A stretch of DNA of 64,000 bases, taken from Phoronis australis. Taxonomy: Eukaryota > Animalia > Phoronida. Below, in pieces: positions 39,001 through 50,110 of this stretch (position 1 is the first letter of the stretch; every line of letters starts with the position of its first letter). The stretch lies in the NCBI GenBank assembly GCA_002633005.1, contig NMRA01000149.1, positions 564,192 to 628,191 on the forward strand, written 5' to 3'. A program made the position numbers and the translations under genes. The notes beneath the pieces are model-generated. The model saw nothing but the letters and a program-made list of their open reading frames with translations, was not told the DNA's origin and ran no database searches.

Positions 39001-42000
39001 TTTTTGGTCTTTAAAGGGAATGTTGTATTTCACGTTGACCAGTTGTCTGTAGAAGCATCATTGGACTTCTCTCATAGTGGCCAACCTCCCATCAAAGTGA
39101 AAACTTCCTCTTATAACATACTTTAAAGCAGTACGCAGCGCCACCTTTGAAAATCTTGTTTTGTTTTTAGTATTCCTTATTTCAGGTGATTGAACCACTT
39201 AGCAGATGGAGTTAATGATTTCTTCAACATAAAGATTCACTGCACCTGTAACTTGATCTATTTTAGTTTGTAGTTTGTGATTTCAGCTTGATTGAATTAG
39301 TGTCGTGTGGATCTTTAAAAGCTTTGGCTGCATGAGGATGTTTGGAGCAGCAGTACATGTTTCTGAATACCCTCCAGAAGTCTTTTTGAACACATGGAGT
39401 ACTGCTGAAATAATCCATGTACTCTAACGTACTTGCCCACATGCCTTATTTTGTGTAGGAATATAACTGTACAATACTTTCTTACTTCGCTTGTATCAGT
39501 GTACCCATGATCGATAGTGTACCCATGATCGATAGTGTACCATGATCGATAGTGTACCCACGATCGATAGGGTACCCACGATCGATAGGTTACCCACGAT
39601 CGATAGTGTAACCACGATCGATAGTGTACCCACGATCGATAGTGTACCCACGATCGATAGTGTGCCCACGATCGATAGTGTACCCATGATTGATAGTGTA
39701 CCCATGATCGATAGTGTACCCATGATCGATAGTGTACCCACAATCAAAACCCTCGCAATTTTTGTTGAATAAACGAGTATTTAATGGTCTTATGCATTAC
39801 AGCGAATTTCGTTCAATCAAGTCTCAGACGCAAACAGCTTGTACTGCGTGCATGACATGTTGTTAACTGAATCACCCGTGTGCAAAATCTTTTTTTAATG
39901 CGTGTAGTAACAAGTTTCAAGTAGCAGAGGAAGCAGATGATAGGCAAGTTTCCATTTTTGAAAAAAATGCAAATTTGAAACAGAAATGTAGATTGAATTG
40001 TACTGAAAACTCCTACATTTATTTTAATCGAATTACTACTTGTCAGGAAATCACTACGACTTCTAGAGACGCGTTTTCAGAAACTTCAAGTTGTGGGGTG
40101 TTGATCATTTTTTGTGGGTTAAGTGAGTTGTCTTCTATCTCTTGTAAAATTTTAGTCACTTGACTGATTTTTCTCTTCGGGACACCATTGCGAACCCCAG
40201 AAAAATATGTTTTATTGCAATGAGTGAGCTGTTCCAAAAATAGCACAGAATGTACTTGGAAGGACTAAATAAGTTAAAAATGTTTTGAAAATGGGTACAC
40301 TGTTTCTACACATGAGTCCTGATTTATTTACCAAAATCTACCTTTCTTGTAAATGTCCACCCTAGGCTTCTCAAAACTTTTTCTTTTTAATTGCTCATGA
40401 TATAAATGCCACATTCAATTCAATATTTTCTTTACAGATGGTGAGCCAGAGAAGATGCCTGTAGTAATCCCTGTGCCAGTCCCCATCTACATCCCTGTAC
40501 CCATGGCCATGTACTCACTGCCCACACCCTTCCCATTTCCTGTTCCTATTCCTGTCCCCATTCCATGTTTTATACCAACTACGAAAAAGTCAACTACGTC
40601 CATTTTGAAACACATCAAGGTAGGTTTCAGTGTGTTCTGCTGCTTAACTTAACTGAGTTATGTTTATGTGCTACAATACTAGAGGAGAATTACTGTGTTG
40701 ATGCCAAATGGCAACTGTGTAGTTGTATTTGTGAATGGTGTCTTACATCTTGGAACTGAAACAGATTTCCATTCAGTTTGTGAGATCTCCATGTAAAGTG
40801 AATAAAGTGGGTTCTTTAACATGCATGATTTTGTCTGATTTAACATTGATGACGTTTTCTTACACTTTAGGAAATCCAGGAACGCCTTCCATCAGATCCT
40901 CTGGAGGCAGAGCTACTAATGATGGCTGAGGCTGTGGCATGCTCCGAGAAAGTGACGGCTGAGTCAAGCGACGAGAGTGACAAAGAAGATGGACCTGGTG
41001 AGACCGTAGTCAAGTTGAACTATCCATTTACTAACTGTAAACATTCGGTTTAGTGGTTAGGGCAGTTGAATTGGTAAACGGAAAAGTTCGGGGGTGGGTA
41101 ATTACCAGACATGGGTGCTTAAATGGAAAATTTTTTGAGAAATCAGTGGTGGGTGCTTGCTCGAACATGGGTGCTTAACTCTTGAGTCGAAGAGTCGCCC
41201 TGGCCTGCCATGACTTTTGAAATTGAAAACTCAAATGATTTGTCAGATTTTGATGGAACTTGTCACAAAGGTATTTTTTGCACAGGCACCAGATGATTTT
41301 CGGGTTTGTACTACTTTAGCGCTACCTGTTGGCCATTTTAGTTTTTGACAAGGCATTGCTCTTCTTTTGATTACTGCCGAAATAGAAATTTTTGGTGAAA
41401 CTTGACACAAGGATTAATGGCTGGGATGTGCTGGAACCTGTTGATTATTGGACAGATTGGTTTGCTATTGGCAAATGACATTTTATTTTTTGTTCAAATA
41501 TTGCTTGTCTGTTGATTGTGATCAAAATGGCTTGACATATTTTTGGATGAACCTTGACAATGGGATGTTTGGTTGTAATGTGCCAGCACCAGTCAATAAA
41601 AATGGCTGACCTGATTTATGTAATTATATTAAACGAAACTAATAAATACCCTAGAAGGGTGTGTGTTGCAGTGGTGGGTGCATTTCAACGATTTTCGTTG
41701 TTGTTCAAGTCAATGCCACGCAGTCCTGTGCATTTTGAGTAATCTTGATCAGCCTTAACTCATTGTGTGCTAGAAACGCTGTCTCTTTTTGTATAAAACA
41801 TTACGTTTTACTGAGGAGAGAGATTAATGTGTTACTGTTGTTTCAGAGAGTGGGTTAGACTCCTACCAAGAAACACCCACAGCACTGAACACAGACTCTA
41901 ACACGTTCGGTGAAGACATTATGCAGATGGCACTTCAGATGGCTGAGATGACAGAGCCTGTTATGGACTTAGAGGACTCGCTGGCTCCTGTCCCTGTCAA

Positions 42001-45000
42001 TCAAAGTAAGTAGCTGATGGTGACACTTATCTGTTAATGTTTTGTTGCATATTTTGGTGACTGAGGGAGCTTTTACGAGTGTGTTCCTTCATTCGTAGTG
42101 GTAACAATTTCGCTTTATTCCCCCTGTCTAAGTAGAGAATAGTTTGATGCCTTAGAACTAGCATTAGTTGATAGAATTTTTGCGAGATGTTGTTCCTTTC
42201 ATTTTTGTGTTTATTTTTCATAGCTCAAGGGGACTTTTCCACCATTGACTCGGAGAGTGGCATTTTCACAACTGGTGCGGCAAAACGTGGACGAAAACGT
42301 CAGTCAAGATCGTCCAAGCGTAACGTTGGAAAGCGACCGCGTACTGCTTCTCCCACTCCTGTCGCACCCCCAGTACAGGTGGCGCCCTCTCCAGATGCAG
42401 ACATGCACTTGAAGTATATGTACGGGGTGAATGCCTGGAAACACTGGGTGGCCCAGAAAAACCAACAGCTGGCGGAGAACTCTGATGGACGTGGCCGTAC
42501 AAAGAAGTTCAAAACAGATATCTTGGCTTGCACAGCAGATGAATTAAATTATTCACTGTGTTTGTTTGTTCAAGAAGTCCGGAAACCCAATGGATCTGAA
42601 TACGCTGCTGACAGCATTTATTACCTCTGTTTAGGTATTTACTTATTTTGTCTTCCACAAATTCAAATGCTCTGTGGTCTAATACCATTACATTGACATT
42701 TTGTGGTTGTGATTTCAATTTCAAATACTTACAGTATACATCTTCTGTGCTGACACTGCTTTTGTTTACGTACTGTTTTGAGGTCAAAATACCTCATCTC
42801 TTAGAAACCTGGATGGTACTTTGCATCTGGCCAATAGATGAATACAAGAACCACTAGCACCAACTGCCCACATTATCCCAAACACTGATGTGTTTCTTTT
42901 TCATGAAGCAGAGCAGTTATTGTCTCAGCTACGGCCAGTCCACCCTGGGTATCAAAATCTGTGGTGCTGGTCAAAAAACTTCCAGGAATGTCTTAAGTGA
43001 CTGTAAACCTGCCTTTCATGACAAAAAATGAGTTAGACCTGTCATCGTTTTGAAATTGGTCTGAAATTGTTTCTTAGTCAAATTTAGTATGATTTCTGGG
43101 CTTGGAAGGAACTGATAGTTGGTGATTGGTTGAGTTGAGTTGTAACAGTTTGTCAGTGTATTCCCTCACCATGGTTGAGTTGAGTTGTCACAGTTTGTCA
43201 GTGTATTCCCTGAGCATGGTTGAGTTGAGTTGTCACAGTTTGCCAGTTGGTGATTGGTTGAGTTGAGTTGTCACAGTTTGTCAGTTTATTCCCCGAGCAT
43301 GGTTTCTAGCTATATCAAAATGTTACTTCTTTGCAAGACCAAAAATAACTGTCTGAGTAAGGAACTAGCTGAGACTTATTGTATTCCATAAGGTTCTAAA
43401 TCAAAATTTAGTTTCTTCAATGTAAAGCAGGTTTATTGGTTTCTGCATTTGAAAACCACTGTCAGCTGGAATACTCACTAAACATGATGTGGTGTGCTTA
43501 TTATTTTTTCAAGTGTTCAAACGATGAGATTCGTATTGGTAAGGCTGGGTAAATATTAACTACCAGCATTATAAACATCTTCCATTAGCTGTTACAGTCT
43601 GTTGTCATTTTTCATCTTTGTCCTGTAATATACCACTTTTCTTGTATTTGTTGTCTTTCAGGTATCCAACAATATCTATTTGAAAATGGTCGCATCGACA
43701 ACATCTTCACTGATTTCTACTATGAGAAGTTTACTGGATGTCTCAACAAAGTGATTGGTCTATATGAAGCGCGTCTTAACGGTGAAGGTAAATTTACCTC
43801 GCAGATGTTTTTTACTGTAAATTTAACAGACACAACTGGTGATTCTCAAGATGCATTTTCCAGCACTGTTGTTACCTTCTGATGTTTCCATGTATACACA
43901 ATGGTGGCTGATTCATGATGATTTATATGTTAGTAACATAAAAAATTCATGAATAACTGTGTGACATATTGAAGGATTTGGTATTTTAGTCAATAGTGGA
44001 CTGTTTGCCACATGTTAGAACCCTTGTCATGAGAACAGGACCCTTATCTCTCTCTACAAACCACAATTATAACTCTTACTACACATAAAACACCCCTGCC
44101 AGCCAGTTCTTTTCTCTTGTGTTAAGGATTCATCCTTTAGGTATCACTTGCTACATTTACTGGTAATTATAACAGAAGAAGAGGGGCACTCAAGAGTCCC
44201 CAGGCCTCCCGTCCAAACAACCAGAAAAACCTGTGCGATATTAGGGGTGAAGGAAACTCTTCCTGTCAATTGTGGTTGGTCTCCACAGTGATTACTATAA
44301 TCATTATTATCCTGTGACAGGTATTCTAGTTTGTCGTATTGAAGAGGAGCACCTGTGGGAGAGCAAGCAACTTGGTGCCCACTCACCCCATGTCCTACTC
44401 AACACCCTGGTCTACTTCAACACACGATATTTCTTCTTGCGCTCGCCAGAGGCTCACCTCAAGTTATCCTTCTCACACATTATGAAGCAGTGGAAGAAGA
44501 CGGCTGTAACGAGCTCTAAGAATCAGAGCCGTAGTGTGTACTTGCGCTACTATAATCCGGCGATGACAGGTGAGAGGCAGGGGAGGGAGTGTTGTGGGTT
44601 CCAAGTGCTCTCTAATGGAGCTGTTTGTACTGTGAGTTGGGGACTATTATTTATTCTTCATAAAATTTTGTTCTTGCATGTAGATTTACTTGTGTCTGAT
44701 TTGACTTTAAATTCTCTTTTATACCTATTTCATTAAATACCTGACAGTTAAGATTGTGTACCAACTTCAGTTAATTTTTTCGGGGTCTGTGAAAAGTCTT
44801 GCATTCTCTGATGACATACCTTAATCTACTCAAGTTGATAAATAATTGCTGTGTTTACTGAACTTCACATGATACGACAAAACTTTTCTGAAAATGGTCT
44901 GGGTATGTGGGCCCGCCATGCTACGACATCAAATTTTTATGGTTGTCCACTCAGTGATAAGTCCACCTGTGTGGCACCCACCCACCCACCCACCCACCCA

Positions 45001-45066
45001 CCCACATACACACACACACACACCCACATACACNTAAAAATATAGGTACATATCACAAACATGTAT

Positions 45067-45098
<32 letters not shown>

Positions 45099-46205
45099 CA
45101 ACAACCATGCGATTTAGGGGATAGATAAAATTTCATTGCCAGCTGTTGAGACACACAAATCACATTCTACTGAAATTTGAAACTATATCTATGTTTTGTT
45201 ATGGTTTCTAGGGATTGAAGTGAGAACAACTGTGTTGGCTGTTCTCCCTGTGGATTTTATTTGAAATCAGATGTGATGTAATGTACATGAGATCTGTTGA
45301 CTATTCTGAGAATCAGTGGTTTTATACTGTACGTTGTGTCTATTCAGATCTGAAGAAGAGTCGAGGTCGTCGAGAGCCAGATGAGTCCAATGGTCTGGAG
45401 CAATGCGAGAATCTTGAGAACCCTCTTAGATGTCCTGTGAAACTGTACGAGTTCTACCTGTCAAAATGGTAAGGCAAGCAGGGGTGATTAGCTGGGTGTT
45501 TTATTGCACAAAGTCTGTATTGAGTAACTGAAAGCTTAACGTTGGTATTTCATTTCAGACCTCTCGCTTCTTTTGCTTTGTATGCACATCAGTTGCAAAA
45601 CTTTATCATCCTTTGTTGCCCTTGTGCCTCCATTCTTTGTTACATATAAACTACAGCACTGAAAAAGTGGGGGGCTATAGCTTCTCAATCCCCCTGTGGT
45701 GTACCGCCCATAAACCATGGGTGGCTCAGCACTGAAAAAAGTGGGGGCCTATAGCCCCCCAAGCCCCCTATGGTGCGCCGCCCATGAACTATGTGTGAAT
45801 TTTCATCTTTTTTGGTTTCCAGTTTCCTCTTTTTCTTTTTTATCATTATTTTGACTTTATTCATGCACAAATGTTTATTTCAATTAAATTTTACAACACA
45901 AAATATTTCTATCATACAAGCCTATTTGAAGAACAATACATCACTAGGAAAATTTTCCTCTTTTTCGTCATTGGTCATTCCAAGCCCTGAGAGATCAATA
46001 TTGTTTCTGTTGCAGCCCAGAGAGCATCAAGAACCGTAGTGATGTGTTCTACCTCATACCGGAGCGGTCGTGTGTGCCTGACAGTCCGGTTTGGTATTCC
46101 ACACAAGCGCTCGGGTTAGAGGCTACAACCAAAATGATGAACCGTGTGCGGACCGTACGAGAAATACAAGAGTCGTTCCTACTCCACCCCAGTCCAACTG
46201 ACTAA
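9076..46205 (+). CDS. ZMYM4: Zinc finger MYM-type protein (ZMYM2/3/4, Drosophila woc-like): acidic N-terminus, MYM (zf-FCS) fingers, Pro-Val-rich region, DUF3504
   Basis: Phase-consistent GT-AG exons: 9076-9150, 13668-13819, 15195-16387, 16586(or 16628)-16900, 17696-17772, 19680(or 19632)-19754, 20923-21025, 22137-22240, 22672-23240, 23672-23996, 26104-26530, 35514-35644, 38152-38305, 40438-40619, 40871-40997, 41847-42005, 42224-42634, 43662-43787, 44321-44569, 45348-45468, 46016-46205 (TAA). Family hallmarks: [151 protein letters not shown]. The first two exons are less certain. The symbol denotes the family. Confidence 0.93.
9981..11024. mobile_element. Non-autonomous DNA element with GC-rich termini
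   Basis: Ends CAGTGGCGGATCTAGG / CCTAAATCCGCCTATG with poly-G and poly-C subterminal tracts. CTTTG is repeated on both flanks (9976-9980, 11025-11029). Confidence 0.7.
10265..10328 (-). repeat. tRNA-like / SINE head fragment inside the 9981-11024 element
   Basis: The minus strand reads GTGGTGTAGTGGTAAAGCAC...GGTCGTGAGTTCGAGTCTC, with A-box and B-box-like motifs but no convincing acceptor stem. Confidence 0.5.
14574..15127. mobile_element. Non-autonomous TTAA-flanked element, Kolobok-like; same family as 1342-1838
   Basis: TTAA at 14570-14573 and 15128-15131; imperfect TIRs GGGACATGG / CCATGCCTCT. Confidence 0.7.
15195..16387 (+). CDS. ZMYM4: ZMYM large acidic low-complexity exon
   Basis: About 397 open D/E/S-rich codons between a TTTTAG acceptor and a GTAAAT donor, in phase with the neighbouring exons. 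Confidence 0.85.
17979..19577 (-). mobile_element. TTAA-flanked DNA transposon derivative (Kolobok-like) carrying a decayed THAP domain
   Basis: Perfect 14-bp TIRs AGGAGAATGCCACC / GGTGGCATTCTCCT; TTAA at 17975-17978 and 19578-19581. Purine-purine (AG) termini fit Kolobok better than piggyBac (CCC/CAC). Confidence 0.85.
19195..19413 (-). pseudogene. Degenerate THAP zinc-finger coding remnant
   Basis: Manual translation across two frameshifts and one stop: [69 protein letters not shown]. The third Cys is replaced by Phe. Confidence 0.7.
19893..20059. repeat. 27-bp minisatellite, about 6 perfect copies
   Basis: Unit TTTTTATTGGGAACATGCTTGATACTA. Confidence 0.95.
21533..22125. repeat. 50-bp minisatellite spanning an assembly gap (N run about 21658-21837)
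   Basis: Unit TTGCAGAGTTTGGTGTGTGAATAGACTGGTGARGGTGGCTGGATTCTTTG on both sides of the gap. Confidence 0.95.
22672..26530 (+). CDS. ZMYM4: ZMYM MYM zinc-finger exons (22672-23240, 23672-23996, 26104-26530)
   Basis: Repeated CxxC...FCSxxC motifs such as [32 protein letters not shown] and YFCTLKCL. Confidence 0.95.
24505..24735. repeat. 31-bp minisatellite, about 7 copies
   Basis: Unit GCTGGYGTCTGTRCCACCTRCTTACATGTTC. Confidence 0.9.
25055..25817. mobile_element. PIF/Harbinger-like MITE
   Basis: TIRs GGGCTGTTCCAGCAAAATC / GATTTTACTGGAACAGCCC with a 3-bp TSD, TCA. Confidence 0.85.
27175..27298. repeat. 10-bp tandem repeat (CCACACTAGG) following a SINE-like fragment
   Basis: About 12 degenerate copies; a reversed B-box-like GACTCGAACC lies near 27139. 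Confidence 0.75.
29990..31153. mobile_element. Non-autonomous element with terminal and subterminal inverted repeats
   Basis: AATAGTCCTTTGCGAGTTT...TGACGTCACGGGAAGTGGGGCAA on the left matches TTGCCCCTCTTCCGGTGACGTCA...AAACTCGCAAGTCAGCTATT on the right. No clear TSD. Confidence 0.65.
31523..33145 (+). CDS. Crypton-type tyrosine-recombinase-derived coding module (DUF3504/KCTD1/QRICH1-like), nested in a ZMYM intron
   Basis: Exon A 31523(or 31568)-32290 and exon B from 32649, ending at a donor at 33041 or a stop at 33145; the GT-AG intron between them is in frame. Motifs: [107 protein letters not shown]. Confidence 0.88.
33331..33978. mobile_element. MITE with GGGGCxxxTTCCAAGAAA termini; related copy at about 37211-37797
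   Basis: GGGGCTCGTTCCAAGAAACTAGCTTAAG on the left and TAAGTTAGTTTTCTTGGAAGGGGCACC on the right. Confidence 0.6.
37793..37998. repeat. 68-bp tandem triplication
   Basis: Units start at 37793, 37861 and 37929 (GGCCCCTGGTCTGTTG...GCTCTAATT). Confidence 0.9.
39498..39741. repeat. 18-bp minisatellite, about 13 copies
   Basis: Unit AGTGTACCCAYGATCGAT. Confidence 0.95.
42224..46205 (+). CDS. ZMYM4: ZMYM C-terminal DUF3504 (Crypton-derived) exons
   Basis: Motifs [62 protein letters not shown] and PVWYS; stop codon at 46203-46205. Confidence 0.95.
43120..43303. repeat. Degenerate ~45-bp tandem repeat
   Basis: GGTTGAGTTGAGTTGTCACAGTTTGTCAGT occurs 4 times. Confidence 0.8.
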
Positions 46206-49200
46206 CCAAGACCATTGGTCGCAGCTTATATCAGCAGTTTAGAATGCAAGATTCCATGAAGTGATACTATAGTGACTGGGTTGTAAAATAGTAGTGTCTT
46301 CAACTGCCCTTTGATTGCATACTTAGGAAGAAACCTCACTTCGCCACTGCCTCACTTTTTACATGACGAGATGTACTTTTTGTGATGAAAAGGCATATAT
46401 AGTTTGTGTGTTACACAAAACTGGGTTTGCTGCATTTTTCACTTGATGGCAGGAGGAGTTGCTGATCTCATTTGATTCCTGTTCATGTAATTTTTATGAC
46501 TGAATGTGTGACCCAGGGTCATATTGAGGTTATTCTGTCAGAAACTTGGTTTGACTCGAGAAAAACACCATGGTTGTCGAGACTTTACGTGCATGAGTAA
46601 ATTTAGTCACTTGAAAAGATTTGACTAGAAGACATTTTGGAATTGAATCATCTCAGCTCATGATGGTTGCATGTCTTTTATTAGATGCGTGCAATAAGAG
46701 GTTGTGCAGTATTTTTTTGAAGTCTTTGAATTTTTGTTAAAATTCATCTAGCTTTCTCAAGGTTATGCCAAGAAGAGACTAGGCATGGTGCTGGATCATT
46801 TGAAAGATTAGTCACACAGTTTTGCTTTGAATTTTGTCAGAGAAAAAATTACATCAATCTTCTTTGTAAGACTAATTTGCCTTTGAATGCATTATCATCT
46901 TTATTTATTGGTAAGATTAAGTGTCTGCTGATTGGATGTATATCGGTAGTAGCTGAACTTAACTGTTATAGTTAAACCTCATTACTAAGTGTTATCGATA
47001 CTGAGATCTTGCTTTGCCTGTAAAATTATTCTTTATTTCATGATAGTCTATATTACTATTTAGATGTCTCCACCTTGGTGTTAAGTTGGCAGGAAGTAGT
47101 TGAATTTAGCGCTAAAGTAGTCCAGACCGTAAATGTTGACTCAAACTGACCCAGACTGAGGGTGCTTGAATGGTGAATGGTGAAACGCTTCCACCCTTGA
47201 CCAGACATTGGTTTGTCTTATCTGTGGACAATAGCCAGGGTTTTTGGATTTTGAGAACCAGTTTCATCCACTGAATAATGGGCATCTAACTGGTTCTGAA
47301 AATTCTGGACCCCTGCAAGTGACTAGCGACACACATGTGAGCACATTCTGGCTGTTTTGAGGTCTTCCTCACACAGTCTAATTTCTACCCATGGAAAATG
47401 TCAATCTTTATCTGGTCACAATGGTTCCATATACCTCTAGGCTCACCTTGAGTTTAATTCCATTACATCTTTGGAGATATCCTTCTCTGTTATTGAGATG
47501 GAAAAATCTGCTGGTCAGAGCAGTATGTTTTCATGGGAATATTTTAAAAGTTACTGGATGGAGAAAGATGGAGAATTTTGTCTGGTGTTGGTATTTCTGT
47601 TGTCCTCTGTAAACATAACACAGTAAAAATTTTGGCTGTCATAGTAGTTTAGTAACTTTAGTTTAGTACGGCCAGACACAGAATGCAAAAACCTGGGATG
47701 GTTTTACTTCCATGAATATAGCATTAAGTTTGTATTATTTGTAAATTTTTGGTTATATTTGAATTAAATATAATTAAGTCATTATTTGTCCACTGAGTTC
47801 ACAAGAACCATGTACTCATCGAATGCTTGAATGTTTGCTTTCAGATTTTTACTTTCTTTCTAGTTGCTTCATTTTTGTGCCACCAACAACAACACTGCAA
47901 TTGTAATTGATGTAATTGTATAATGAGATTTATATTGTAGAATAAAATAAATGGGATAAGAGTTTGTTGAAGACAGTATTTTCCCTGGGCATCTACAAAC
48001 AAAAAGGGAAATACTAAAATAACATCTGTGTCCATTACATGCATTAGTAGAAAATAGTTCTGGGCTATGCTTTTTATGTGTCCCAAAATTAAGTTGAAAC
48101 AATCATTGGAGGTATTTGATAGCAAGGGAATACTTGGCAGAACTAGTGGGATATTTCAAATGTAGGTCACGATTATAGAAACACAGTGGATTGGAGACAA
48201 CAAAACGAAAGAATTTCACGTTTCCTGAAATTTTCACTAAGCTAAATTCGTAGTTTTGTTTTCCATCAAGATCACTAAAATTTGTGTTTTGATGGTTTAG
48301 GTTTTAGTTGGTGAACAAATTATCCAAGTTGACTTACCCACAAATTGTGACATCTGGGCTAAGGTTGGCCCATAATGCGACCCAAATTGGCGCAAATCGG
48401 AAACTTTGTCATAACAGACCTGTAGTTGCACCATTCTCCAGTTGTCATTTTATGAGAAAATGGTGGTTCTCGAAGCCCTAGTAGATCTCCAGCACGGGTT
48501 AACAGCGGTTCACTATCAGTAGAGCTCTATGATTTGAACAAAACGAAAGCTACAGATACCGCTAACTATCTATAGTCATATGTTTTTAATTTTCTCGATG
48601 TCTAGATATTTCCATACACATAATCCAGTATATAGTAAACCTCATTGTAACACGTTTTGCATCTCAAAACCAAGTAGTGTTGCCCTGCTTTAAATTCATT
48701 TGACAAAATAAGCGTGACAAAATAATTAGAGAGTTAGCCTAATTTAGACTTTTCCTCTGATGGTGGTCTGTAAAATGGTTCACATTTCGTCTTATAACAA
48801 GTCTCTAAATTTGCTGTGTTTAAAAGAAAATTGTAGCCCTTGGAAAAATGTTCCGATTCAAAACCTCTTGTTGAGGGAAAGTAACTGTTTGCACTTCGGT
48901 TCTGCTATTAATAATAACTGCTCAGACTCATTGAGCAACTAATTCCTTTTGGGAAGCCAGTTTTCTCTATTGTTGCAGATGAGGAGACGATTTTATCTAT
49001 GAAACTTATTGGTTCGATCCGCAATTTTAGTTGAAAAAAGTCTGTTTTTATCGTACAATAGGGGCATTGCTTATATCTATGATTTTCTCGATGGTACTGG
49101 TCACTGATCTAAAGTCATCAATGTTTTTGTGCGACGCCAGCTTCTCTTCACCGACGTACCGCGGTACTATGCACCTTCTTGGTTTCGAAATGCAATTCGA

Positions 49201-49517
49201 CAGATAATTCTAAGTTTATTTTTTGTTTTCCACTTTCAACTTTAATTTCGAGCCAAAAATCAACAAGATAATCTGCACAAGCTTAGTTATAACGACTGAG
49301 ATAATTGACGACTTTTTTTTAATTGGCCCCGATCAGAATGCTCCGCCGTAGGCCTACTATAAATATTCAGTCAGACATTTACTGGAAAACTACTGAAGCA
49401 TGTTTTCTCGGGGTGAAAACGCCTCGACAGATATAATTCACTGAAAAAAAAACTTCATAGATAAAAATGATTTATTTATTTCAATAATCGAATTATACTT
49501 TCACAACGGTTCTAGAG

Positions 49518-49538
49518 ACGTCATTCCGGAAGTGACGT
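49518..49538. promoter_or_regulatory. Composite ETS-CRE promoter motif upstream of the THAP-ZMYM gene
   Basis: Near-palindrome ACGTCATTCCGGAAGTGACGT, containing CCGGAAGTGACGT, about 140 bp upstream of the ATG at 49679 in a CpG-richer patch. Confidence 0.55.
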
Positions 49539-49678
49539 ACCTGGCCTAAGCTTGTTCCAGCCAGCCATCTAGAGTCTTCGTACGTACTTTAAGGACTGAT
49601 ATCCTTGAGTCAGAGTATTTGCTTATTCTTTAACAGCAGGTTTTGTCATCTATTCGCCCCATTTAGTCGCTGTATACG

Positions 49679-50110
49679 ATGCCAAAAGGTTGCTGTGTAC
49701 CGGGATGCACCCACTATGACCTCGCTCGAAGCTTAGGTTTTGCCTTTCACCGGTTTCCGTCCGATGACGAAGTTCGCCGTAAATGGATCATTCGTATTAC
49801 GGATTTCCCGTTAGCGGCAAACGCTTCCAAGCAAGAGGTGCAAAAATTAAATTATCGAGTATGCGGGAAACATTTCCTTCCCTCGGACTACGAGAGTGAA
49901 ATATACTCGGAAATTATGAAGCTTCCTCCAAAACATCGCCTGAAAAGCGACGCCGTGCCGTCGATATTTCCATCAGATTCAAAACCTTTGAGCAACTTTA
50001 CAGCTGTGCAGACAAGTGATAGCAACTGCAAGCCAAGTTCATCTGTTAAGTCTGAATCCAGTGAAGAGGTCAGAGAACCAGACTTTGACAAGTTTGACAG
50101 CAAGGCCAAG
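49679..50110 (+). CDS. THAP domain (C2CH zinc finger) first exon
   Basis: MPKGCCVPGC...FHRFP..DEVRRKW...RVCGKHFLPSDY...RLKSDAVPSIF shows all C-C-C-H ligands, the conserved P/W/F/P residues and the AVPTIF box. Donor AAG|GTATTT. Confidence 0.95.

Noticed and set aside
39498-39741. Regular repeat arrays as possible CRISPR (also 205-505, 19893-20059, 24505-24735)
   Set aside because: Units are head-to-tail with no unique spacers, there are no cas genes, and the context is eukaryotic intron.
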